This document shows positions 8,446 through 16,874 of a DNA stretch of 24,000 bases, piece after piece. A program made the translations under genes and the position numbers. How positions within the stretch are numbered: position 1 is the stretch's first letter; each line of letters opens with the position of its first letter. The stretch spans positions 6,565-30,564 of the forward strand of contig NZ_WWJX01000689.1 in assembly GCF_009865215.1 (NCBI RefSeq). Reading direction: 5' to 3'. The notes below the pieces were generated by a model. The model saw only the letters and a program-made list of their open reading frames with translations. It had not been told where the DNA came from and made no database searches. Origin of the DNA: Streptomyces sp. SID3343. GTDB lineage: Bacteria; Actinomycetota; Actinomycetes; Streptomycetales; Streptomycetaceae.

Positions 8446-8695
8446 CCCGAACTCTGTCACAGCCCTGAAAACGCGCCAGAGGCCCTGAGGGGTCACCGGC
8501 GGCCTCACGGTGCCCCCGGTCGCCTTCGGCGCGTCCTGCGAGGTCTGTGGTGGTGTCACGTGTCGTGTGGAGGCCGGAGGGCGGTTCCTGGGGCGTGGAG
8601 TTCGGGCGCGGGGTCGTGGGTCGGACCCCGGGTCGGGTCGTGGGACCGGGCCGTGAGTCAGGCCCCGGGCCGCCGGTCGAGTCGTGAAACGACGA

Positions 8696-8742
8696 AGGGC
8701 GGTCGCGCCACCCGGTGTGTACACGGGTGGCACGACCGCCCT
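8696..8742 (-). terminator. strong hairpin downstream of rpf (candidate intrinsic terminator)
   Basis: 19-nt arms AGGGCGGTCGCGCCACCCG / CGGGTGGCACGACCGCCCT (one G-U) with a 9-nt loop, 92 nt after the rpf stop. On the minus strand it is followed by TTCGTCGTTTCAC. Confidence 0.5.
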
Positions 8743-8833
8743 CGGTCGCAACGCATGTCGCTCAAATCACCTGGAACCTCTGGGACCTCTGGGGCCCTCT
8801 GGGACCCGAAGCAGGTGACCGGGTCCGCGAGTT

Positions 8834-9790
<957 letters not shown>

Positions 9791-10559
9791 GGACCATAAA
9801 CAGGTTATCCGGCCCTTATCAACCCGCTCGGGCATTTACGCAGGTCAGCCCCGGTATTACAAAAGCCGGTAAGTGGCCCGCCGACGCCCTTACGGCGCGG
9901 ATCCGTGTCCCCGGAGGCCTCTCGACGGGAACCTTTTGTCCTTTTTGGCCATGACGACCACACGCTGTGCAGTTGGCCTGTCACACGCTGTCGAATTGTC
10001 ACCGAGAGCACTCGCTTGGGCACGCTCTACGGGAGGTCGCAAGCCCGTTGCGCACGCAGCCTTTGATGCCTTTATGTCCAATTTAGTCCCGCCGCGTGAG
10101 CGGGGTCACAATTTCCGAGATGGTTGTCGTCTACACCCTCGGGTATACCCGACCGGCATATGTCGGGCACACCGGGCGCGGCCTGCGCATTCTCACCCTA
10201 CGAGAGCACCCCGGTGCGGGCCGGAAAAGTATGCCGAATGCGATCCAGGCCACACCGGGTACTGTGACCCGCGCCACTTTCCCTCTCTCGAACCGGTTTT
10301 AAACCGCCTATCGAGGCGGCGATGCACCGGAACGCCCCCTTCCGGAAGCCGGCCCCGGTTATCGAGCGTCGATATCACGATCGACAGCCGTCGGGAAAGC
10401 GGATTCCGCATAGCGAACGCCGAGGGAACACGAAGGTAAATCGCGCGCCCTCTCCTATATATAGGACGCCGCGCCTTCGACCCGGCGCACGCCCGGCTCA
10501 CCGGCCTTGCCATCCACCCGACCCACCCCCGCCCGGTCCTCCTCCGAAGCCTCCCGAAT

Positions 10560-11000
10560 CCCGCACCCCGAATCGCGAACCCGAAACCGGCGCCGGAACC
10601 CGAGTCCGGAATCCTGATGCCGACCGAGCAACCCCACGCCGAGGACGACGGCGACCGGGTGCCACTCGACCGCGCCGCCGCCCTCACCGGCGTCGGAAAA
10701 GGCACCGTCTTCCACCGCTTCGCCTCCGCGCCGGCCTGCTCCAGGCCCTCTGGAAGGAACGAGCCGGCGAACTACGCCGGCCCGTCGCGCACGGACCGTC
10801 GCCCGGGGACCCGGCGAACCCGCAGGGCACACCTGCGAGCCTCCCTCGACGCGCTCGGCTCGATCGCCGAACCCAACGCGATCCGGCCCTCCACCCACGA
10901 CCAAACCTGCCCGGACGACAAGTACGACGACCCCAGCCACCTCTACCGGCATCGCCACACGGCCGACCTGATCACCGCCCGTCCCGAACGAACGAACGAA
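10560..11000 (+). pseudogene. TetR-family regulator remnant (frameshifted, truncated)
   Basis: One frame reads ...AEDDGDRVPLDRAAALTGVGKGTVFHRFAS (a TetR helix-turn-helix). The expected continuation RAGLLQALWKERAGELRRPVAHGP is in a second frame. A later LRASLDALGSI is back in the first frame. It is cut off by the convergent gene ending at 11004. Confidence 0.45.
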
Positions 11001-11003
11001 CGG

Positions 11004-12029
11004 TCAGCCGCGGTAGTGGTCGGCAATCGCGGCGAAGGCGGCCTTGGGCTCCCAGGGCATGTCGGGGTAGGAGTCACCGTGGCGATCTTCAAGGACCTTG
11101 ACGATGCCGAGACTGGCGAGATCAAGATCGTCACGGGCATCGCCATCGGGGCGGTGGGGCAGGTTGTAGAGCGCGAAGAGAAACACGAAGGCGCTGTCGA
11201 CACCCTCACTGTCGAAGATCTCCAGCAACTCGCTCACATACGCCGCCTGTCCGGCCTCGTCGCGCTCATACGCACCGGTCAGCCGGAGCGGCGCGCCGGT
11301 GGCTTCGTCGTTCTCGAGAACTTCCATGCTTCGAGGCGCGACATCCGGCGCCCCGCGCCAAGTGGCGGTGCCGAAGCCGGTGATGGCAACCGGTTTGGCC
11401 TGCGCGACGAGGCTGCGCACGCCATCGCGGAACAAGTGCGCCACCTCCGCGGACCGAATGAGTTCGAAGGTCACGAAGTCGAACAGGTCCCAGTCGACGC
11501 CTTCGAACTGTATGGCGGCGTACGTGACCTTGCCGTGGAAGCGCTCGCGAACCACCGCCACCGCTTCCCGCAGGAAGGCATCGAGACGGGTGCGGCCGGC
11601 GGCCATCCTTTCGGGACGACGAGCCACGTCGTCCAACAACCAACCGAGCCGCTCCGCGGTGCTGTCGCCATCAAGAAATCCCCGGTTCATGACACTCAGC
11701 TCGACGCCGGTGACGAACACGATCTGGGCTCCCTGCGCCCGAAGTTGCTCGGCCCGCTCCGCACAGTCGGCAACCAGCGTGAGGATCTCGTCGGTGGTCG
11801 ACTCCAAGGGGTAGGGCGAGAACCAGATCTCCAACCCCAACTCGGCGGCGTAACGGGCGGCGAGTTCCAGTCGCTCCGGATCGCCACCGGTGATGTGGAC
11901 GGCGTTGCAGTGAAGATCGTCGCGGATGACGGTCAGTTCCCTCTTGACCAGGTCGGGATCGAAGCTCTCCCGGGAGTTGCTGCCATTGCGGATGAAGCCG
12001 GTGTCGAAGCAGATGCCCTTGGCGCGCAT
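11004..12029 (-). CDS. hypothetical protein, possibly TIM-barrel glycoside-hydrolase-like
   Basis: The ORF track gives 11004..12146. The internal ATG at 12029 (MRAKGICFDTGF...) has a GAGGGAAGG RBS and avoids the operator region. The alternating beta/alpha-like pattern is suggestive only, and I recognise no diagnostic motif. Confidence 0.6.
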   Translation of the reverse strand: MRAKGICFDTGFIRNGSNSRESFDPDLVKRELTVIRDDLHCNAVHITGGDPERLELAARYAAELGLEIWFSPYPLESTTDEILTLVADCAERAEQLRAQGAQIVFVTGVELSVMNRGFLDGDSTAERLGWLLDDVARRPERMAAGRTRLDAFLREAVAVVRERFHGKVTYAAIQFEGVDWDLFDFVTFELIRSAEVAHLFRDGVRSLVAQAKPVAITGFGTATWRGAPDVAPRSMEVLENDEATGAPLRLTGAYERDEAGQAAYVSELLEIFDSEGVDSAFVFLFALYNLPHRPDGDARDDLDLASLGIVKVLEDRHGDSYPDMPWEPKAAFAAIADHYRG

Positions 12030-12071
12030 GCGTCTGAACCTTCCCTCGGATGCCTCGACATTAAAAGCAAA

Positions 12072-12105
12072 TAGTGCGTGCACGCAAGTTTGCGCCCACG
12101 CACTA
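12072..12105. promoter_or_regulatory. nested palindromic operator in the TetR / hypothetical divergent region
   Basis: TAGTGCGTG (12072-12080) and CACGCACTA (12097-12105) are perfect inverted repeats. Inside them sit the palindromes GCGTGCACGC (12076-12085) and CGCAAgtTTGCG (12083-12094). Confidence 0.45.
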
Positions 12106-12125
12106 AATCCCGGGAAACTACCCGC

Positions 12126-12782
12126 GTGACGACAAGACAGCCCCACACCGGACTACGCGAGCAAAAAAAGCAGGCCACCCGAGTGGCCCTGCGCGAGGCG
12201 GCACTGCGCCTGGCCCTCGAACGCGGGCCGGACAACGTCCGCGTCGACGACATCGCGGAGGCCGCCGGAGTATCACCCAGGACCTACAACAACTACTTCG
12301 CCAGCCGCGAACAGGCGATCGTCGCCGCCGTCACCGCCGAACGCGAATCACGAGTCGCCGCAGCCCTGGCAGCCAAGCCCGCCCACACCAGCCTCGCCGA
12401 CGCCGTGACCGAAGCGATCCTGGAGCAGTACACAGAACCGCGCGACCCCGACCAACTACTCCTCCTCACCACCAACCCCACGCTGCGCGACGCCTTCCTC
12501 GACACCGCCGCAACGCTCGAACCCCCTCTGACCACCGCGATCGACCAACGCCTGGGCCACCCAAGCCCACCCACCGCCCACGTACTGGCCGCAAGCATCG
12601 CCGCCGCAGTCCGAGTAGCCCTCCACCAGTGGCTCCACCCACCAGAGCCACCCCTCACCCCCAGCAGCCTCCTCATCCCATCCGGCTCCCTCCCCCACCT
12701 CCTCCACTCCGCCCTGGCCACCCTCAAACCAGCCCTCGAAGCCGCCGAAGCCCAAACCCCCCGACACCACTCACCGCAGTAA
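12126..12782 (+). CDS. TetR/AcrR family transcriptional regulator
   Basis: HTH signature ATRVALREAALRLALERGPDNVRVDDIAEAAGVSPRTYNNYFASREQ. The track start ATG 12078 lies inside the operator palindrome, so the in-frame GTG at 12126 is preferred. Confidence 0.85.
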   Translation: MTTRQPHTGLREQKKQATRVALREAALRLALERGPDNVRVDDIAEAAGVSPRTYNNYFASREQAIVAAVTAERESRVAAALAAKPAHTSLADAVTEAILEQYTEPRDPDQLLLLTTNPTLRDAFLDTAATLEPPLTTAIDQRLGHPSPPTAHVLAASIAAAVRVALHQWLHPPEPPLTPSSLLIPSGSLPHLLHSALATLKPALEAAEAQTPRHHSPQ

Positions 12783-12949
12783 CCCCGCCCCCCACGCCGG
12801 CAACCACGTCCGGCATGGAACGCCAAGCCCACCCCGGACCGCACCCTCGAAGGCCCCAAGCCCACCCACAAGCACGACCCGACCACCGGCGACACCAGGC
12901 ACTACCGAAGACGGCCTACCTCCGGAAGAACGCCGCGCCACGCCACCAC

Positions 12950-13200
12950 GCCGATCTCACCGACGCCTCCCACACGGTCGTCGAATCCGCGGACCTGCCA
13001 CCCATCCGCTTCCACGACCCGCGACACGGCGCCGAAACGATTCATCCGGCCGACGGCGGCGACAGAGGCAGGCCAGTTCATGCCCGGGCACTTCACATAC
13101 GCCTGCACCACAAACGCCTAGGCGAGCGTGCACAGGATGGTCACCGCCACGTCGGCCGATGCCGTCGCCGAACAGTTCATCCCCCACAGGAGCAAAAAGA
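12950..13200 (+). pseudogene. tyrosine recombinase C-terminal remnant
   Basis: The frame of ORF 12629 reads ...ADLPPIRFHDPRHGAET (box II H-x-x-R). After a frameshift it reads FMPGHFTYACTTNA*ASVHRMV, where LGH has become PGH and a TAG (13129-13131) sits where the catalytic Tyr is expected. The N-terminal roughly 250 codons are absent. Confidence 0.5.
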
Positions 13201-13280
13201 CCGCCGGGCACACCTCGGGCACCGTAAGGTCCCGAAACGCGCACCGGCGGTCTCTGTATTCGACATAACCGCAACGTCAG

Positions 13281-13369
13281 CGGAGGACGTGGGATTCGAA
13301 CCCACGAACAGAGTCACCCCTGTTAGCAGTTTTCAAGACTGCCGCCATCGGCCACTAGGCGAGTCCTCC
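13281..13369 (-). tRNA. tRNA-Ser (anticodon UGA)
   Basis: 89-nt cloverleaf read by hand: acceptor GGAGGAC/GTCCTCC, anticodon arm GCAGT-CTTGAAA-ACTGC, long variable arm, T arm GTGGG-TTCGAAT-CCCAC, discriminator G. CCA is not encoded. Confidence 0.9.
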
Positions 13370-13370
13370 A
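13329..13370. repeat. att site (int-proximal), 42-bp direct repeat copy 1
   Basis: GTTTTCAAGACTGCCGCCATCGGCCACTAGGCGAGTCCTCCA is identical to 22428-22469. It equals tRNA-Ser nt 1-41 plus one upstream nt. Confidence 0.9.
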
Positions 13371-13391
13371 CACCCGTTCTGACCTCATCAC

Positions 13392-14510
13392 TTACCCAGC
13401 GGACGAGCCCGGAGGCTCCTCATCTGGCCGCAAATTGGCCGCACGGGTGTTTGAGACATCCTCGGAGAGCTTCTGGCTCCACGCGTCCGTCTCGTTCTCA
13501 AACAGGTGCGCGTAGGTCTTCATCGTGATCGCCGGAGACTGACCGAGAATCCGGGCGACCACCGTGACCGGCGCGCCCTTCGAGATTAGCAGCGAGGCGC
13601 ACGTGTGCCGCAGGTCGTGCACCCTCGTGTCCGTCAAGCCCACCGCAGCGAGCCCCGACGTCCATCCGGCACGGCGGAACTCTGCGGAGCGCGGAGGCCG
13701 ATCGTGGTCACCCCAGGGGAAGATCAGGTCTCCCGGCTCCTTGCCCTCCATCAGGTCGGTCAAGTCCGGCACCAGGACCGCCGGCAGGGGAACGGTCCGC
13801 CGGCGGTGCGTCTTGGTGTCCGTCAGGTGGAACCGGCCCCCGACTTCGGACTGTGTCCGGAGGACATCGACCCGACACCGCACGAGGTCGATGTCCCCAG
13901 CGCGCAGGGAGATACCCTCTGCCCACCGCAGGCCGGTATAGGCGAAGAACCGCACGAGGAGGCCCCACGTCCCCCCGATCTTCGTAGCCAACTCTTCCAC
14001 TCGATCCACCCTCAACGGCATGACCACACGCTTGGTGGACAGCGCCGGCAGATCCACGGTCCGAGCAGGGTGGCGCACCAGGCGCCCGCCCTTCACGGCG
14101 TCATCGAGGATGCGGCCAAGCAGGTGTCCGCACTGGCGGGTACGCGACGAGGACAGTTCGTCATCGAGACGCCCGATCCAGTCGGCCACGCTGTCGTAAT
14201 CGATCTTGTTCAAGGGGATGTCACCCCACTCGGGTACCAACTGCGACCGCAGCAGAGACGCCACCCATTCCTTGGTCTTGGGCTTTGCCCAGCTCTGACG
14301 CGCGAACCACGCTTCCGAGAACGCTCGAAACGTGATCTTGCCGCGCGCCGGATCAACCCACTCCCCACGTATCTGCCGAGACTGCTGTTCCGTGATCCAG
14401 GCAGCCGCTTCGCGCTTCGTGTCGAAGGTCCGAGAACGCTCCTTGCCGTCCGGACCCCGATACCGAGCCCGCCACTTGTCCCCGCGCTTGTTGATGTGTC
14501 CAGACGCCAT
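13392..14510 (-). CDS. int: tyrosine-type site-specific integrase
   Basis: MASGHINKRGDKWRARYRGPDGKERSRTF (SAM-like N-terminus) ... HDLRHTCASLLI ... LGQSPAITMKTYAHLF (R-H-R-Y catalytic set). ATG 14510 overlaps the xis stop as ATGA. The track ORF extends to 14672, but that extension overlaps xis. Confidence 0.9.
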   Translation of the reverse strand: MASGHINKRGDKWRARYRGPDGKERSRTFDTKREAAAWITEQQSRQIRGEWVDPARGKITFRAFSEAWFARQSWAKPKTKEWVASLLRSQLVPEWGDIPLNKIDYDSVADWIGRLDDELSSSRTRQCGHLLGRILDDAVKGGRLVRHPARTVDLPALSTKRVVMPLRVDRVEELATKIGGTWGLLVRFFAYTGLRWAEGISLRAGDIDLVRCRVDVLRTQSEVGGRFHLTDTKTHRRRTVPLPAVLVPDLTDLMEGKEPGDLIFPWGDHDRPPRSAEFRRAGWTSGLAAVGLTDTRVHDLRHTCASLLISKGAPVTVVARILGQSPAITMKTYAHLFENETDAWSQKLSEDVSNTRAANLRPDEEPPGSSAG

Positions 14511-14719
14511 CAGGCCGCCACCCGTCCCCCGAGCCAGACCCGGATGTCTTCCGGGTCGAAACGCAGCCAGCGGCCGATCTTGTAGGCCGCCGGACCCTCG
14601 TTCTTGTAGCGCCACGCGTAGAGCGTCGTGACCTCTACGCCGAGGTAGGCCGCCGTCTCCTCTGCCGTCCAAAGGACGTCCGGCAGCTTCTTTCGAGTCC
14701 TCACAGTTCCTCCGTCCAC
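14510..14719 (-). CDS. xis: excisionase-family helix-turn-helix protein (Xis)
   Basis: 69 aa. LWTAEETAAYLGVEVTTLYAWRYKNEGPAAYKIGRWLRFDPEDIRVWL fits the MerR-like HTH_17 excisionase fold. It lies immediately upstream of and coupled to int. An alternative GTG at 14704 would give GTGA coupling to the upstream ORF. Confidence 0.75.
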   Translation of the reverse strand: MDGGTVRTRKKLPDVLWTAEETAAYLGVEVTTLYAWRYKNEGPAAYKIGRWLRFDPEDIRVWLGGRVAA

Positions 14720-14958
14720 CGAACGCCGCAGGTCTCCGCGATCACCGTCCGAAGGGAAGCGCCGTCCGCCCCCGACACCATCGGAAGCGAGTCCTCACAG
14801 ACGAAGACATGTCCGCCGTCGAAGAACCCGACCGGAACCATCGGAAGGTCACCGCGGCCACATATCAGGCAGGCCAAGCCGTCGAGCTGGGCAGGGCCGA
14901 CCACCCTGGCCGAAGCCGAGGCGATCGACGCGGCGAACAGTTCGAGCTGTCCGTTCAT
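14701..14958 (-). CDS. hypothetical protein (85 aa)
   Basis: ATGA coupling with the tra stop (14955-14958) and the same strand as the tra-xis-int block. No recognisable motif other than scattered Cys residues (CLICG...CED). Confidence 0.5.
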   Translation of the reverse strand: MNGQLELFAASIASASARVVGPAQLDGLACLICGRGDLPMVPVGFFDGGHVFVCEDSLPMVSGADGASLRTVIAETCGVRWTEEL

Positions 14959-16376
14959 ATGGCAGCCACCGTCCCGGAGGTGTACTCCGCCTCAGCCGCC
15001 CAATCCACCAGCGTTTGATCAGGCGTGTACGGGAACCGCACGCGCACCGGCGCGGGATCGGTCTCAACGGTCAGGTAGCCGATGCCAGCCGTTGAGTACT
15101 GGTTGGCTTGACTTGCCGGAGGGATCAGGTGGCAAGCGGCCCCACGATCGGAGGCACCCTCACCAAGAACCATGTCCGTCTCGACATCCGAGGCCAGCCG
15201 AAGGCCGATCCGAGTCGGGAACCAATCCCTCTCCGACGCGTACTGCTTGAGACCGCTCTGTACGAGCGCGAGCACGAACATTCCGACTGATCGCCCTTGG
15301 GAGAGCAACAGGAGGAGATGCGCGCTGGTCTGTTCCCGCCGCTTCTTGTCCGTGTCGAGAGCACCGAGCGCGGCGTACTCATCGATCGCGAGCATGATCA
15401 AGGGTTGAGCTTTCGAGACCACGAAGTCACGACCGGGCAAGTCCTTGCGCCGCTCCAGCTCCTCTACGAGATCGGACAGCAGGGCCGCCCAATCCTCCGG
15501 CCGGTAGGCCACCTGCTGGAACACCTCCGAGCACGACCGGATCTCTTGCCGCTTCGGGTCGATGCCGTAGAGGAGCGCCCGACCCATGGACACCCAGGGC
15601 CGCAGGTGGTTGACCACGCCCCACAGGACGGAGCCCTTGCCGGACCCGGTCCCGCCGACACAGAGCGTGTGCGAAAGGGGCAGGGAGACGGGAACGCCGT
15701 CCTCCCCGAGCGCAGCGTTCCAGCGGAACAGGTCACCGGTCACGGGCCAATCGGAGATCACCGACGTCGGGGCAAGGGGATCGGATATGCGAGCTGTCCA
15801 CTCCAAGAGCCCAGGCCCCGCATCACGGGCACTGACCCGAGCCACAGCCCAGTGATGACGCAGCTCATCGAGCGTGTCTGACGCCAGGTAGCGCGCGGAC
15901 GGCACGCCGGCCACCGGGCGAAACGCGAAGACCGGACCCGCAGCAGAAGGGCGGACCGAGACTAATTCGGGCAGCACAACGACCGGCTCAGCCTCAGCCA
16001 AGCGCACCATCAGTCGGGTGTGCTCCTCCTTGGAGAGCGAGGCCCGCCACACTTCGTCACCCGTGGGACCAGGCCGCCCCTGATCCAAAGCCAACCCAAG
16101 ACGTGGGAGCAGATCCGCCCACCGGTCGAGGACGAACTCAACTACCGAGGCCCCGACTTCGCCGTGAACAAGTTCGAGGAGCCGCCGGCGACGCGCACGC
16201 TCCCAGACCCGAAATGCCCAGAGACCGGCGAACACCAAGGCCACGCCGCCACAGACAGGCGCCAGTGGCACCCCGGCAAGCATCAGGGCGAGGAGACCAA
16301 GCAGCGCGAGCACAGTCCGACGGACCGAACGCACCCGCATCGCCTTCCAGATGTAGAACGCGATGTAGCGACGCAT
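14955..16376 (-). CDS. FtsK/SpoIIIE-family conjugal DNA translocase (TraSA/TraB-like)
   Basis: 473 aa with N-terminal hydrophobic segments, Walker A GGTGSGKGS, and Walker B-like LIMLAIDEYAALG. This is the single-protein dsDNA transfer determinant typical of Streptomyces-type elements. Confidence 0.9.
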   Translation of the reverse strand: MRRYIAFYIWKAMRVRSVRRTVLALLGLLALMLAGVPLAPVCGGVALVFAGLWAFRVWERARRRRLLELVHGEVGASVVEFVLDRWADLLPRLGLALDQGRPGPTGDEVWRASLSKEEHTRLMVRLAEAEPVVVLPELVSVRPSAAGPVFAFRPVAGVPSARYLASDTLDELRHHWAVARVSARDAGPGLLEWTARISDPLAPTSVISDWPVTGDLFRWNAALGEDGVPVSLPLSHTLCVGGTGSGKGSVLWGVVNHLRPWVSMGRALLYGIDPKRQEIRSCSEVFQQVAYRPEDWAALLSDLVEELERRKDLPGRDFVVSKAQPLIMLAIDEYAALGALDTDKKRREQTSAHLLLLLSQGRSVGMFVLALVQSGLKQYASERDWFPTRIGLRLASDVETDMVLGEGASDRGAACHLIPPASQANQYSTAGIGYLTVETDPAPVRVRFPYTPDQTLVDWAAEAEYTSGTVAAI

Positions 16377-16714
16377 CAGGCGCCCACCGACTTCTTAGCG
16401 GGCACCGAGCCGTCGACCGGAGTCAGACCCTCAGCCTTCACCGTCCAGTTGACGCCGTACGTGTCCTTGCCGGACCAGCCGTCAATCCATGCCCGCCCCG
16501 TCAGCCGGTGGGGCATCATCAGGGCCAAGTCGGATACCGCGCCCGGCAGCGTGAGGCGCATCGCCACCGCCTTGGAACCACCGGCAACCATCACGTTCAC
16601 CTCTACGTGAAACGCGACTTCCCCAGTCCGCTTGTCAGCCTGCTCCCGGGTGGCCGCAGCCATCGGGAAGACGGTTACTTCAGAAAGCACGATCGGAAAA
16701 CCTTCGACACTCAC
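16376..16714 (-). CDS. hypothetical protein; Pra-like (replication/integration/excision activator) candidate by position
   Basis: 112 aa, ATGA-coupled to tra and divergent from the GntR/KorSA-like gene, which is the pSAM2 pra position. Sequence similarity was not verifiable here. Confidence 0.5.
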   Translation of the reverse strand: MSVEGFPIVLSEVTVFPMAAATREQADKRTGEVAFHVEVNVMVAGGSKAVAMRLTLPGAVSDLALMMPHRLTGRAWIDGWSGKDTYGVNWTVKAEGLTPVDGSVPAKKSVGA

Positions 16715-16763
16715 CGTTACTCCTCAGTAGTCACAAGCTCGTCGGTCGGGCGAACCCGGCCGG

Positions 16764-16846
16764 AGGTACCTCTAAACGTAGGTCGAGAGGTAGTACGTCT
16801 GGTCGAACCTTTGACAGGTTAGACAGCAGGTAGTACCTCTTGTCAA
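16764..16846. promoter_or_regulatory. kor/pra divergent control region with three GGTA(N)TACC-type operator repeats
   Basis: AGGTACCTCT (16764-16773), AGGTAGTACGTCT (16788-16800) and AGGTAGTACCTCT (16828-16840). The last is bracketed by TTGACA (16811-16816) and TGTCAA (16841-16846). Confidence 0.45.
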
Positions 16847-16874
16847 GGAAATACGTCGTTCGAGTGGAGGAAAA

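Noticed and set aside
9873-10439. 188-aa plus-strand ORF and 170-aa minus-strand ORF (10193..10705) in the rpf upstream zone
   Set aside because: Arg/Pro/Cys/His-rich implausible proteins with no RBS. The region is better explained as leader RNA or decayed DNA.
10553-10600. Degenerate distal att copy of the tRNA T-arm (CGAATCCC / CGAACCC strings)
   Set aside because: The matches are 7-8 nt, in the wrong orientation for a direct repeat, and embedded in a repetitive CCGAA-rich tract. They are consistent with chance.
10322-12074. Long plus-strand ORFs 10322..11101 and 10617..12074 as intact genes
   Set aside because: Only short stretches (the TetR HTH and following helix) look protein-like, and they sit in different frames. 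The remainder is antisense to the 11004..12029 gene. I treat the 5' part as a pseudogene instead.
12629-13528. 299-aa Pro-rich plus-strand ORF running through the tRNA gene into int
   Set aside because: It crosses a tRNA and the end of the integrase gene and is mostly Pro/His/Arg. Only the 12950-13200 part carries a recombinase remnant.
13605-14585. 326-aa plus-strand ORF antisense to int
   Set aside because: Shadow ORF. The minus strand has the full R-H-R-Y integrase.
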